Position numbers and translations under genes: made by a program
The notes under the pieces: generated by a model
Databases searched by the model: none
What the model was told of the DNA's origin: nothing
What the model saw: the letters and a program-made list of their open reading frames with translations, nothing else
Origin: Vairimorpha necatrix
Taxonomy: Eukaryota
DNA: 64,000 bases
Reading direction: 5' to 3'
Assembly (NCBI GenBank): GCA_036630325.1
Contig: CP142730.1
Location: 682,001-746,000, forward strand
Shown here: positions 33,727 through 44,802 of the stretch, in pieces
How positions within the stretch are numbered: the stretch's first letter is position 1
Layout of the letters: the number at the start of each line of letters is the position of its first letter

Positions 33727-34662
33727 ATGGCATTTCTTTATAAAGGCTCAATTATTGAATTCAAGGATGATTTAGAATATGACTACGTAAATATAAATGG
33801 AAAGAGAGTCGATAACACACATTATTACATTCCTCTAGAATATAAAGAAATTAAGACGTGGGATAATTACACTAAATTTGTACCTTCAGAAGATAATCTG
33901 CTTTTTATAGACTACATAAAGAAAGTCAAGTGCGATGATCAAATAGGAATCTTAAAATACAGAGAATTCGAAGGTCCTTTTTACAAAGAAGAAATTGTAC
34001 TACAAGAAACCTGTAAATTAGAATATCCTTTCTTATTTTCGCAGTATTCTGATGGAGTCAGTGTCTATCTTAAACTTACAAATGTAAAGATAGAATATAA
34101 TTTAACTAGTGACGGGTTTCTAAGGAAATATGAAGACAATCTTTATAAATTGACTGACTCGACTACCTTTTTGATAGATGGCGAAAATGGAAGAATACAC
34201 TTTTCTTATACAACAAAATCCACTTGTAAATACAAATTCAATATAACACAAAGTCAAGTGATAATATTCCCAGATTTACTAATTGATAAATACATGACAC
34301 TAGAAGATAAAAAGAAGAATGAAGTAGTAGAAATGTACAATGAAATGATAAACAGTAAAGAATTAATTCTCTATAGAACATCAGAGAAAGGATTAGAATC
34401 AAAATATCAAGAAAAAAGTGCATACAAAATTCACGACACAATAATCTACAACATAAAAAACAAGAAACAAAAAGTAGATCTAGAAAAAATAGATCTAAAA
34501 GAAGATCGACATTTGTTACGGGAAAATGACACAGAAACTTGCAAAAATATTAGCGAAAAAATAGAACTGGGAGAAGACCTACAATTGGTACGGGAAAATG
34601 ACACAGTAACTTACAAAAACATGAAATTACTGATAAATTTCTTGGATTTACCAAAAAATTGA
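33727..34662 (+). CDS. Hypothetical protein with a C-terminal 24-aa tandem duplication
   Basis: ATG after CCC; EKIDLKEDRHLLRENDTETCKNIS followed by EKIELGEDLQLVRENDTVTYKNM. Confidence 0.75.
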   Translation: MAFLYKGSIIEFKDDLEYDYVNINGKRVDNTHYYIPLEYKEIKTWDNYTKFVPSEDNLLFIDYIKKVKCDDQIGILKYREFEGPFYKEEIVLQETCKLEYPFLFSQYSDGVSVYLKLTNVKIEYNLTSDGFLRKYEDNLYKLTDSTTFLIDGENGRIHFSYTTKSTCKYKFNITQSQVIIFPDLLIDKYMTLEDKKKNEVVEMYNEMINSKELILYRTSEKGLESKYQEKSAYKIHDTIIYNIKNKKQKVDLEKIDLKEDRHLLRENDTETCKNISEKIELGEDLQLVRENDTVTYKNMKLLINFLDLPKN

Positions 34663-34674
34663 TCCCCTTGAAAG

Positions 34675-34965
34675 ATGAAAATTTTGAAAAAAAATATCAA
34701 ATTTTTTGCAAATTATGAAATAAATCAAGCATTAGAAAATGACACTAGTAAATTCGTAGATCAAGTCAAGACATTTTGTACTTCTAAAGAATACAAACCA
34801 GACATATACACCAAATTAAAGGAATACAATTTGGTAGAATTTGAAATATTACAGTTATTAAATTTGTGTCCTAAGCAGCTAATTGATTTATCTCTGGTTA
34901 TAGAAGAAATTGAAGAAAGATACACAGAAGAGAAGCTTGAGGAGATTTTAGAATTATTCAAATAA
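34675..34965 (+). CDS. RPC17: RNA polymerase III subunit C17 (RPC9/CRCP, Rpb4 family)
   Basis: NYEI near the N-terminus; LVEFEILQLLNLCP..LVIEEIEERY..LEEIL HRDC-like fold; CCCC upstream. Confidence 0.8.
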   Translation: MKILKKNIKFFANYEINQALENDTSKFVDQVKTFCTSKEYKPDIYTKLKEYNLVEFEILQLLNLCPKQLIDLSLVIEEIEERYTEEKLEEILELFK

Positions 34966-35189
34966 ACAATTATGAAAATAAATTGTATACTATTATTTGG
35001 CCTGTTGTAATTACAACGTGCTATAAGATTAAATATTTTTCATATAAATTTTACGATTTTCTTATGTCATCCTATTGTGCTGAATATTATGTGTTCTTTA
35101 GGTTAAATCATGATCTTAACTTTGAGTCTGTCTTTTTACGGACTTATTTATCTCATCATAATATTTTAAATTATCTCTACCCTTTTAGT

Positions 35190-36179
35190 ATGACGAAGGA
35201 CACTGAAATAGAAGATATTTCAAATGAGGATATAACTAATATGGATGAAGTGGAGACAGTAATTTATACTCCTAATCTGGAAGATGAAGATCTAGAATGC
35301 AGTGACGAGGTCTATGACAGTCTTGATTATTATGACATGGACTGGCCTTCACAGACAGTGACAACATTTAAAAATAAATATGTTTTAGTGGGCACAAATC
35401 CAGACAACGAGCCGGGAAAACTCAAAGTATTTGATCTTAATAAAATGGGACAAGAAGATTTTGAGGTCAATTCACTGACTGCCAGTGTCTCTTACAATAG
35501 AATAAGGACTAATGAAAATATAAATTGTGTCTCTGATACCACGTTCGACATTTACAATGAGGATCTGAAATTATTAGAGTCTCTTTCTTATGACAATGTG
35601 GATTATGGACTGTGTTCTACTTCAGAATCTTCAATATTCTCTCACGATAAAGGAAATGTTTCTATTTTCACTGACAGAGTAACTGAAACAAGATTTGTTC
35701 ACTCAGATTCTATAAATTCTCTAAATTTCCATAATTCTCTAATTTACTCTGCTTCTTCCGATAAATCGTCCAAGATCACAGATTTAAGATCTAAAGATGT
35801 CGTGTTTCATAAAATTGAAAAGGCAGAAATAAATGCAATAGACACAAATAAAGACAATCTTTTTGCCATGGGGGATGATCTCGGATCTATAAAAGTCATC
35901 GACATGAGAATGCCAAAAAATGAAATAGGAATATTCTGGCATAAATCAAGTATCTCATCTTTAACTTGGAAAGATTCAGACATTTTCTTAAGCACAAGTG
36001 ATGAACAATTGTGCATTTTTGACACTTCACTTGAGGACGAATGGGAATATGAAAAATATCTTCTTTTTGTACACCAAGGACAAAGGTATTACAAAGATGT
36101 GTGTCTAGTAAATAATCTGGTAATTACTACGTCAGTGGATGGACTGTGCTTTTTTACTCCGATCTCATTTTCAGAATAA
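35190..36179 (+). CDS. RRB1: WD40 ribosome assembly protein, RRB1/GRWD1-like
   Basis: Acidic N-terminus, WPSQT, WD-like repeats, GDDLG, LLFVHQGQ. ATG at 35190 after CCC. Confidence 0.78.
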   Translation: MTKDTEIEDISNEDITNMDEVETVIYTPNLEDEDLECSDEVYDSLDYYDMDWPSQTVTTFKNKYVLVGTNPDNEPGKLKVFDLNKMGQEDFEVNSLTASVSYNRIRTNENINCVSDTTFDIYNEDLKLLESLSYDNVDYGLCSTSESSIFSHDKGNVSIFTDRVTETRFVHSDSINSLNFHNSLIYSASSDKSSKITDLRSKDVVFHKIEKAEINAIDTNKDNLFAMGDDLGSIKVIDMRMPKNEIGIFWHKSSISSLTWKDSDIFLSTSDEQLCIFDTSLEDEWEYEKYLLFVHQGQRYYKDVCLVNNLVITTSVDGLCFFTPISFSE

Positions 36180-36320
36180 AAATATTTTTTTTTATTTTAT
36201 GCTATTTCAAATTTCTTTTATACTTTTAAATTTCATGCAAAACAAACAAACTGCTTAAAACAAACAAACTCATGAATAAATGTCTCTTAGACAGTATTAA
36301 TTTTTTTAAGCCCCTTCTAA

Positions 36321-37358
36321 ATGACATTAGATTCCGAAAATACGTCGCCTCTTCTCAAAAATTTTGATTCTATGATTATTAAAAGTACTGATTTCACACC
36401 TATGAGTTGTGGCTTTTTACCATACCAAAGGCCATTAGATCAACATTTAAATTATGGCATTGTTCATGTTGATAAAAGTTCGAATCCCAGTTCCCATGAA
36501 GTTGTCACTTGGGTCAAAAATATTTTGAATTGTGAAAAAACTGGTCATTGCGGAACACTCGACCCAAAAGTGAGTGGTGTCCTTACAATATGTTTAAATA
36601 GAGCCACAAGACTTACTAAAAGCCAACAGACACTTGGTAAAGAATATGTCTGTGTTATAGAATTTGAAGACAAACCAAGTAGAAAAGCTTTTAATAAAGC
36701 AGTAGAAAAACTTACTGGTCTTTTGTACCAAAGGCCGCCTTTAATGTGTGCAGTTAAACGAGATCTCAGATTGAGAAATATTTACAAAATTGAAATTATA
36801 GAATTTTCAAAGAGTAAAAAACAAGCTCTTTTCAAAGTTTCTTGTGAAGCTGGAACTTATATTCGTACTTTGTGTGTTCACATTGGTCTTATGATGGGTT
36901 GCCCCGCTACTATGGCGGCTCTGCGTCGAATTAGAAGTGGGCTGACTGAAGAAAGTGAATGTTTTACTTTGCACGACTTAAAAGATGCGAAATATGTTTT
37001 TGATCGAAATAATGAAGAAATTTATTTAAGACGAGTAATTCGACCATTAGAAGAAATTCTGGTAGAATATCCGAAAATTATTGTAAAAGATAGTTGCATA
37101 AATGCGCTTTGTTATGGAGCCAAACTATGCGTGAGTGGAATATTAAGATTAGATCCTAATATAAATATAGGGCAGACTATAGTTGTGGTTTCTGTCAAGG
37201 GTGAAGCAATTTGCCTTGCTGACACAATTGTAAGCAGTGCAGAAATATTAATGATGGATCATGGGTATGTTGCACAGACAAAACGAGTCATCATGGAGAA
37301 AGATCTGTACCTTAGAGGGTGGGGAACAAGAAAAGAATACGAACTTTTGTGCGAATAA
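36321..37358 (+). CDS. CBF5: H/ACA snoRNP pseudouridine synthase (dyskerin)
   Basis: NPSSHEVV, KTGHCGTLDPKVSG, QRPPL, CEAGTYIRTLC and a PUA domain. Confidence 0.96.
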   Translation: MTLDSENTSPLLKNFDSMIIKSTDFTPMSCGFLPYQRPLDQHLNYGIVHVDKSSNPSSHEVVTWVKNILNCEKTGHCGTLDPKVSGVLTICLNRATRLTKSQQTLGKEYVCVIEFEDKPSRKAFNKAVEKLTGLLYQRPPLMCAVKRDLRLRNIYKIEIIEFSKSKKQALFKVSCEAGTYIRTLCVHIGLMMGCPATMAALRRIRSGLTEESECFTLHDLKDAKYVFDRNNEEIYLRRVIRPLEEILVEYPKIIVKDSCINALCYGAKLCVSGILRLDPNINIGQTIVVVSVKGEAICLADTIVSSAEILMMDHGYVAQTKRVIMEKDLYLRGWGTRKEYELLCE

Positions 37359-37563
37359 AAAAAATTAAAAAATTGAAATAAAAAAACTTAGCTTTTAAAA
37401 AAAATTAAGCTTTAAAAATTTTTAGTTATAAAAAAAATTTAGTTTTTAACTTTGACTACTCTTAAAGCCACGCAAACAATCTTTAACTAAAAATATGTCT
37501 AAACTATCCCGACAAAAAAATAAAGCATATAAAATTCAACATTTCAAATTAATTTAAACTTAT

Positions 37564-38529
37564 TTAATTATCTGTTTCTGTTTTGGGGGCAATATAAAAT
37601 CTCATATGTCCCAAATCAAATAAATTAAAATCAAAAAACACTGGTGTCTCTTCACCAAGATGTAATTTAATCTTAGAACATAATCCCGCAACTTTCCCAA
37701 TTATTACAATATATTTCATAGCCATTTCTTTTTTAATTTCTGACAAGACATTTATTTCTACTTCCTTGTCGTCGCCTTCTTCTAGCGTCATAGCCGCGGC
37801 AGTTGTGTCGCCTTTTTGTTTGAAAGTTATCATGTTTTTTCTTGCTTCAATTGTAATAAATTCGCCGAAAATACCAATAAGCTTAGGTAAGACCATAAAT
37901 TGTTGAGCGTACATCGTCACTTCTGCCTGGAAATCAAAAGCAGGCATTTCAAAAACTTCATTGTCAAATGAATAAAGACTCAATTCCCAATTTAAAGTAT
38001 ATTGAGAAGATTTATAACAAATAGACAAGTTTTCTGGGTCGTCATTACAAGAAAGATGAAGACTAGAATCAGCAGGAAAACTTAAATCTTTTAAAATTGT
38101 AATCAAGCTTTTGACTTTTACACCAAGTGTAATGTCTCTGTCACACCTGTATTTATCAAATAAATTTTTACTTAAAAAAATGTCAACAAAGACTACATGT
38201 AAAGAATCCATGACTTGCATTTCTAGACCTTCAGCACGTGCTTTGATTTCTACGTGATCAACAACTTCAGAAATACTTTCTAAAGTTTTTCTTAATAAAC
38301 CGATTTTACCACCAGGGAAAACAACTTGATTTTCTATTTTTACTGCTGCCTTTGTTTGGTCAGTACTTGTCAAATTATTATCTGTTTCCTCGTTCCCATC
38401 CGAGTCTTGTAAATTATTTCCATTTTCGTCGGTGTCATGATTTTTTTTTGTAATTTTCTTTGTTATTACATTATTGTTCTTGTCACGACCTTTTTGCACT
38501 TGCGGGTGTGAAATTTCCAATTCGAACAT
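37564..38529 (-). CDS. PCNA: Proliferating cell nuclear antigen with N-terminal insertion
   Basis: MFELEI..., LEMQVMDSLHV, FDKYRCDRDITLGV, GHMRFYIAPK. ATG at 38529 after CCCC. Confidence 0.93.
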   Translation of the reverse strand: MFELEISHPQVQKGRDKNNNVITKKITKKNHDTDENGNNLQDSDGNEETDNNLTSTDQTKAAVKIENQVVFPGGKIGLLRKTLESISEVVDHVEIKARAEGLEMQVMDSLHVVFVDIFLSKNLFDKYRCDRDITLGVKVKSLITILKDLSFPADSSLHLSCNDDPENLSICYKSSQYTLNWELSLYSFDNEVFEMPAFDFQAEVTMYAQQFMVLPKLIGIFGEFITIEARKNMITFKQKGDTTAAAMTLEEGDDKEVEINVLSEIKKEMAMKYIVIIGKVAGLCSKIKLHLGEETPVFFDFNLFDLGHMRFYIAPKTETDN

Positions 38530-38611
38530 TGAGGGGAATAAAAACTCGAATTTGAAAATTCTGAAAAAACATGAATCAATAAAAAAATCTTGCATTTTCC
38601 ATACCCTTTAA

Positions 38612-40330
38612 ATGATTTGTTCTTTAAAATGTTTGTCGACGAAAAGTGGTAAATCAATTTTATTAATTTTAGAAAAAAAAACTTACGTTTTTAATATATT
38701 TGAAGGGTTTCAGAGATATTGTATAGAAGCAAATATTTCATTGAAATTTATTACTACTGTATTTATTCCTAATAGAGAAGGCATTCCTCCTTTGTGTGGT
38801 CTTTATCTTACCCTGAGGGATATGAATGTTAACTCTTTGAATATTGTGTGTTCAGAAGATGTAGAAAATCTCATCAAAAAAGCGTTCTCGTTTTGTCCAC
38901 CGAATTCTTTGAAAATATTGTTTATTAGAGATTTTTATGATGATGAATTTATCACTGTAACTGACCAGTACATTTTACAAATAAAAAAATTTAGAGGCAA
39001 ATTCAAAATAGAAAATATTCCGGAAAATATCCCGAAAAAATTTTACAAAGAACTTGTTCTTGGTAAGAAAATAACTGTTGAGGGTCAAACTTATGAAGGG
39101 TCTGATTTTTTAGAACCAAGTATTAATTTTAAGAAAATTTTTATTTTATATAACGGTAAATTAAAAATTGAAGAAGGCAGTAAAGTGCTGTGTTTAAGGA
39201 TGTCTGACTATAAAAGATTAAAATCTGAAGATACTTGGTATGTTTGTGGGTCAGCTGGCATAGATTTTGTCTCACAATATAATTTACTAAGAGGCCTTCG
39301 TGATATTTCAAAGGATTACCACCTGCCTAGGCTTTTAAAACAAAGACAAAAAATACGACGAACACGACAAGTCAACAAAAAGTTAACGTACGACATTTTA
39401 GAACCTTGTAGATTTTTTAAATATTTACAATCAACTGATTGTTTCACGTATAAAAAAGAGGCGCTTGGATTTGTTTTAAACAGAGGCGTACGAAATGTTC
39501 CTTTGGTAAATTATCAAGATTCTGATAATTTTTTAACAACAGACGAGAATTTCGCTCTTATTCTCGGATCGGGCTGTGCTATTCCTTCAAAATACAGAAA
39601 TGTCACTGGTATTTTCGTTTTTATAGAAAACAAAGGTTTTTTACTGGACTGTGGGGAAGATACGGTCAATCAGCTTTTAAGACTTAAAGGTTCTCAATGT
39701 CTGCTTGATAGTCTTGATGTTATATTTATTAGTCATTCACACGGAGATCATAATCTAGGATTGATAAATTTGCTTGCCAAACTAAACCACAAAGTTATAT
39801 TAATCGCTCCTCAGTGTATTATTGATTTTGTAAGTTCTTTTTGCGAAAATGTAGTCACATTCGCTACTAATAAAGCCAAAGAATTAGAATACGAACATGG
39901 CGTATCATCTTTTAACTTTCCTGATGATCTCGAAATAAATGTGTGTGGTTGTGTTCACAATTTAGACTCGTGTTCTGTTTCTATAAAATATAAAAATGTC
40001 AAGTTTTCATATTCTGGTGACACAAGACCATCTGAACTATTTGCATGTATGGCTTTTAACTCTGATCTGATGATTCACGAATCAACATTTGAAGACGATA
40101 ACTTAGATAAAGCCTTAAAGACAAAGCATAGCACATTGGGAGAAGCGTATTATATTTTCAAGAAATCGCAATCTAAAGAACTTCTTCTTACACATTTTAG
40201 TCAAAGGTATTCTAAAAATTTTATGGCGAATAATTTAGGAATACCTTGTCATGATTTTTACAAATATAGAATTGGTAAAAGCGAGTACAAAGACAAAGAT
40301 ATAAATGAATATTTAAAGAATTTACAATAA
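38612..40330 (+). CDS. TRZ1: tRNase Z (ELAC2/Trz1, long form, reduced)
   Basis: FNIFEGFQR, LGSGCAIPSKYRNV, LLDCGE, SHSHGDH, YSGDTRP, HESTF, HST, THFSQRY. Confidence 0.93.
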   Translation: MICSLKCLSTKSGKSILLILEKKTYVFNIFEGFQRYCIEANISLKFITTVFIPNREGIPPLCGLYLTLRDMNVNSLNIVCSEDVENLIKKAFSFCPPNSLKILFIRDFYDDEFITVTDQYILQIKKFRGKFKIENIPENIPKKFYKELVLGKKITVEGQTYEGSDFLEPSINFKKIFILYNGKLKIEEGSKVLCLRMSDYKRLKSEDTWYVCGSAGIDFVSQYNLLRGLRDISKDYHLPRLLKQRQKIRRTRQVNKKLTYDILEPCRFFKYLQSTDCFTYKKEALGFVLNRGVRNVPLVNYQDSDNFLTTDENFALILGSGCAIPSKYRNVTGIFVFIENKGFLLDCGEDTVNQLLRLKGSQCLLDSLDVIFISHSHGDHNLGLINLLAKLNHKVILIAPQCIIDFVSSFCENVVTFATNKAKELEYEHGVSSFNFPDDLEINVCGCVHNLDSCSVSIKYKNVKFSYSGDTRPSELFACMAFNSDLMIHESTFEDDNLDKALKTKHSTLGEAYYIFKKSQSKELLLTHFSQRYSKNFMANNLGIPCHDFYKYRIGKSEYKDKDINEYLKNLQ

Positions 40331-40671
40331 TAAAATTTGGGCAATTTTTTTTTGAAATTTTTTGTTTTTTTACAACAAAGAAAGATATTTAAAAAAAAAT
40401 TAAATTGTTTAGTTTTATTTGAGGTAAAGGCGTAGGCAGTATAGTGGTATAATTAATATAAGATACCCTAATATTTAAATTTTTAATTTATAGAAAAAAA
40501 TAAATTTTTTTTTAGTTTAAAATAAATAAACAAAACAAGATTCCCACAAAAATTTTATTATATTATTGCGTAACAAAGTTATTGTTTGCAGAACTTTATA
40601 CTTTTAGAAAACTTTTAAAATTTTTTTATTTAGATAAATTTGTTTATAAAGATAAATTTTATTTGTTTTTA

Positions 40672-42021
40672 TTAGTTTTTCTTTTTTTTTCCTAAATATT
40701 TTTTTAAGATTCTTTTTTTCTCTACTTTACTTATTTTGTAAGCTCTTCTTTCTTTATTAAATTCTTTGACTATCTTCTTCTTCTCTTTTTTACTTAACAT
40801 TTCTTCTTCATTATTATTTTTTTCTTCACTAATATTACTTTCTAAATCTTCTTCACTAATCGAATAAGAATCATCATCAGACATTTTCGAATCCATAAAC
40901 ATTTTTACATCTTCGAAATTTGTAACATCATCTAGTTTTGATGGTATAAATGTGTTTTTTGTTATTTCAAAATTTTTTAAGTATTCAGGTATTTCTGTAT
41001 CTGTAATTCTAGTAAAAAGATCATTAATATTTTCTACTTCTACTCCTAACTTTGTAAAGAAGTTATTTACATTGGTTATATCAGTAATAAGAAATTCTTT
41101 CGCATTTATATGATCTCTCTCTACACTTTGTGATACATCTATAACATACACAATATTCTCGAAATATAATAAATTCCACTCACTTAAATCTGCGTGGATG
41201 AGATTACATTTATTGTACATATCGAATATTATTTGTATGACTTGGTTGTAAACTTCCACTGGATCTTCAAACGAAGCGTCTCTAAGGCGGGGAGCTGGAG
41301 ATCCTATTAGATTCATAATCAAAACATTCCTTTTTAAATAAATTGGTATAGGAGACGGAATATTAAATTTATTCAATCTTTTAAGATTTCTCACTTCTTT
41401 TTCTGCCCACAATTTTATTAATTTTCTACTATTTTTAGTACAAAAATTTTTAAATCTTTTTTCACTTTCCAAATATCTTTCTCTATCTTTAAAATTCATA
41501 GCAGAAGTTTTATAAATTTTTATAGCGACTTTTACGATTTCTTCTGTTGGTTCATTTTTGTCTAAAATTTTTTCTTCGATGATTTTTTCGGTATTTTTGA
41601 TTTCTTCTTTATTTATTATGACATTTTTATCTTTTTTTACTTTTTTTCTTAATTTTCTTTTACTTAAAGTAAGAGGTGAATTTTTGTCAATGAATAAATT
41701 TTTTATTTCGTTTTCTACTTTATTAATTTTAGTATTTTTTATAATTTCTTGCAATTTTTTAGGACAGAAAATATTTTTATTAGTATTTTTTTCATCTAAC
41801 AAATGAATATTTTTTACATATTTGGAATAAATTTCTGTACTGGCGTATGCCAAATAAACATTGGCCTCTTTACCAGTAAAAATACTTCCTTGTAAATCTA
41901 TAATTTTTTTGCGTGCTACAAGTTTATTTAGAATTGAGATTGTTTTTTTGTCTAGTACTTTGTCTATTGTATTTCTATCAGATTTGTCTTTTTTCTGTTT
42001 TATTTCTTTGCACTTTGTCAT
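40672..42021 (-). CDS. RIO1: RIO1 atypical Ser/Thr kinase
   Basis: TGKEANVY, AIKIYKTS..FKDRERY, WAEKEVRNL, HADLSEWN, IDVSQSV. Confidence 0.94.
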   Translation of the reverse strand: MTKCKEIKQKKDKSDRNTIDKVLDKKTISILNKLVARKKIIDLQGSIFTGKEANVYLAYASTEIYSKYVKNIHLLDEKNTNKNIFCPKKLQEIIKNTKINKVENEIKNLFIDKNSPLTLSKRKLRKKVKKDKNVIINKEEIKNTEKIIEEKILDKNEPTEEIVKVAIKIYKTSAMNFKDRERYLESEKRFKNFCTKNSRKLIKLWAEKEVRNLKRLNKFNIPSPIPIYLKRNVLIMNLIGSPAPRLRDASFEDPVEVYNQVIQIIFDMYNKCNLIHADLSEWNLLYFENIVYVIDVSQSVERDHINAKEFLITDITNVNNFFTKLGVEVENINDLFTRITDTEIPEYLKNFEITKNTFIPSKLDDVTNFEDVKMFMDSKMSDDDSYSISEEDLESNISEEKNNNEEEMLSKKEKKKIVKEFNKERRAYKISKVEKKRILKKYLGKKKKN

Positions 42022-42429
42022 GGGGGCAAAGAAAGTTTTAATTTGTCAGTTATTAAAAATCATGATAAATTATAAAAAGAAAATCAATGTGTAATAGAGC
42101 TACGATTTTATTTATTTTTTTGTGGAAATTTATTAATACCGTTTTTAATTAGTATAATTGATAGTTTATTAATACCGTTATTAATTCAAATTAGTAAAAT
42201 TTATTAATACCGTTATTAATTTAAGTTAAATAATTTTTTAATATCATCATGTAACTAGTAAAATTAAGTTTGTTATAATGTTTTTAATAAATAGTAAAAA
42301 TTTTTAAATATACTGTTTTTTTTTACACAATTTATATGTTGTCATAAACAAACAAATACTTCGCAATTTTGTTTAATACAAATAAATTTTAATTTGCTAC
42401 TAAAGTGAAGAATAAATGCTTTTTTACAT

Positions 42430-43638
42430 TTAATTTTTTTTATTTATCAAATTATCTACCGTTGTCTTCAACATATTTATTTCTTTTAATAAACTCACAT
42501 TCTTCTTTTTTTCTATCCCAATTTCTTCTTTAAACTCGTTTTCTTGCATTTTAATTTCATCTCTCAAATTTTTCAATACATTTTTACATGTCTCTATTAT
42601 TTTATCAGATTCATTTTTCGGTAATGTTCTCGTTCTGAGCATTTCTATCTCAAATTTTTGTAATCTTACTGTTGTTTCAAGTTTTATTATTTCTTTTTTT
42701 AGTTTTATTTCGTTTTCGATTTTATAGTTCAGGTCTTGTAAAATTTTTTCATTTTCCCAGTTTTCAGATGTTTTTTTCTCTTTTTTTGATGATTTTAAAA
42801 GTTCTTCGGTTAGTTTTCTTTTTATAGATTTATTAGAAGTCTCTGATGATGTGCTAGATGTTTCTTGTTTTATTAGTGCGTCAGTGAGATCTTGTTTTAC
42901 TTGTTGTAGGTTTGATTTAATATTTGGAACAGGGTCGATTATCTTTTTACGTGGGGTTACGATAGTACTGAATCTTTCTTTAAGAATGTTTACTAATTCT
43001 TTTTTATTAAGTTCAGGGTTATTATTATTATCAAATTGTCTTATACCTAAATTTGTAGTATCTAATTGTCTTATACCTATATTGGTATTGTCTAATTTCG
43101 CAGTCTCATTTTTATTTATAACCAGATTTGAATTATCTAAATTACTTGTCTCTAATTTTGTACTATCTAATTTACTTATATGCAATTTTGTATTATCAAT
43201 ATTATTCATACCTAAATTTGTTGTATCAATTTTACTAATACACGATTTTGTATTATCTATTTTACTTTTCTTTAGTTTTGTTTTATTTATACTTGTTTTA
43301 GTATTATCATCATTTAAGTTTATATTCTGTTTTATAATATCTTTTCTTAGTTCTGATTTGTTAATTGTTGTGCTATCACTTATGTCGCTAATATTAACTT
43401 CTTCAATATAAAAAGACTCTCGCTTTGGTTTCTGGAATATATTTTTATATCTTTGATATGAAATATTATTATCAAGATCAGAAGTCTTTTCCACTAATGT
43501 GTTCTCTTTGTTTTTTATACTTGTTGATTTTTCTTCTGTATTTTGGTTATAAGTCTTCCACTGTAAATCAGAAGTCTCTTGGTTTTTATGAATATTCAGA
43601 ATGCTGTATTCGTCATCTGTGTTTTCATTTTCTTTCAT
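42430..43638 (-). CDS. Hypothetical protein with ~10-aa internal repeats and a C-terminal coiled coil
   Basis: ATG at 43638 after CCC; repeats of (K/Q)LD(N/T)T(K/N)LxI; heptad-like K/E-rich C-terminus. Confidence 0.8.
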   Translation of the reverse strand: MKENENTDDEYSILNIHKNQETSDLQWKTYNQNTEEKSTSIKNKENTLVEKTSDLDNNISYQRYKNIFQKPKRESFYIEEVNISDISDSTTINKSELRKDIIKQNINLNDDNTKTSINKTKLKKSKIDNTKSCISKIDTTNLGMNNIDNTKLHISKLDSTKLETSNLDNSNLVINKNETAKLDNTNIGIRQLDTTNLGIRQFDNNNNPELNKKELVNILKERFSTIVTPRKKIIDPVPNIKSNLQQVKQDLTDALIKQETSSTSSETSNKSIKRKLTEELLKSSKKEKKTSENWENEKILQDLNYKIENEIKLKKEIIKLETTVRLQKFEIEMLRTRTLPKNESDKIIETCKNVLKNLRDEIKMQENEFKEEIGIEKKKNVSLLKEINMLKTTVDNLINKKN

Positions 43639-43989
43639 CTTAGGGCACAAAAAGGCAAGGAAAAAAAATATTGAATTTTGTTATAGACAACTTAGGTAGA
43701 TGACGAAAACAAAGTGTTCCAGAACATAATAAAAAATAATCAATTGAAAACATCCATTGTGACTTTCAATCGTGTTATTTTATTTTTGGACGGAGTATAT
43801 ATAAAATTTGTTTTGATTTATTCTATCTACATTATAGAGATATCTTTTTTATGATATACCTTCTTAAATTGTTGTTTACATGGTCGCCTTTAATTGTAAA
43901 TTGACTGTGGCAGAACATGGTCAATTCTCTAAGATTTCCACCTGAAGTTCATAAAAGGTTTTTATTACTATAATGATAATTTTTAAAAA

Positions 43990-44802
43990 GTTGTATTTAA
44001 GTCCCTCGTGGAATAAGTCTAGACATCGCTTTCCTTCTTAAGGTGCATTGTATTCATGTTTTATCTCCATTTTGAAAGGAGACAGAGCGTCAATTTAGCA
44101 TGGCTAGGTTTAGCCCCAGGCTACCAAAAGTTTGTATACTTCAAAATTCAGTTGGTACAACTCAGGCGATATAAATTTCGACGGCAGTCATTTAGTTGAT
44201 TCAATGAAACTTGTGTGGATCACCCATAAGGAGATTAGCATCTAGTGTATAACCCCAACTTAAGGCCAAAAAACTGTGTCGCCCATGTGGTGTTTAATGA
44301 TACATAAAAAAAATCTGATGGGTATGGTAATAAAAACCCATGGCTGGTGCATTCTAGAGCTAAATAAGAGACTGGACTAAGTATCGTAATATAAAGTCTC
44401 ATAGGCCCTATAATAAGAATTCTGTAACACGGTGGCTGAAATTAATAGATGTCTGGCGTTGAACCAAGGCCAATAAAAATGCCGGCCTGTGTCAAGAACC
44501 GTGTTTGGAATACAGATGATTGTGGGGACCATAAGTTAGTAGGGTAATGTATCTACTCGTGTTATAGATAATTATGCCCGTTTAGTATATCCGCTGTGGG
44601 GTTGCTCTTGACGCGATTTGAGGTATAAATGGAAAAAAGATTCCTGAAGCTAAAATTCATTGAATTCGGTGCTGCTTGCTACGTTAGCAAGTTATATATG
44701 GGAGTTTAATGAGTAAGAATTATACAATACCAGTTAGACAAAATTTACACTAGATACTTCTGCAATGTAAGGGTTCCATATTAATCATACTTGTTAAGAA
44801 AA
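43990..44802 (+). repeat. GC-richer non-coding island; its 3' end is homologous to the 1054-1260 repeat
   Basis: No ORF of 60 aa or more. 44650-44802 aligns with 1085-1250. Left boundary estimated from composition. Confidence 0.45.

Noticed and set aside
40425-40470. tRNA-like start (GGCAGTATAGTGGTATAAT)
   Set aside because: No T-arm (GTTCRA) or acceptor-stem complement follows.
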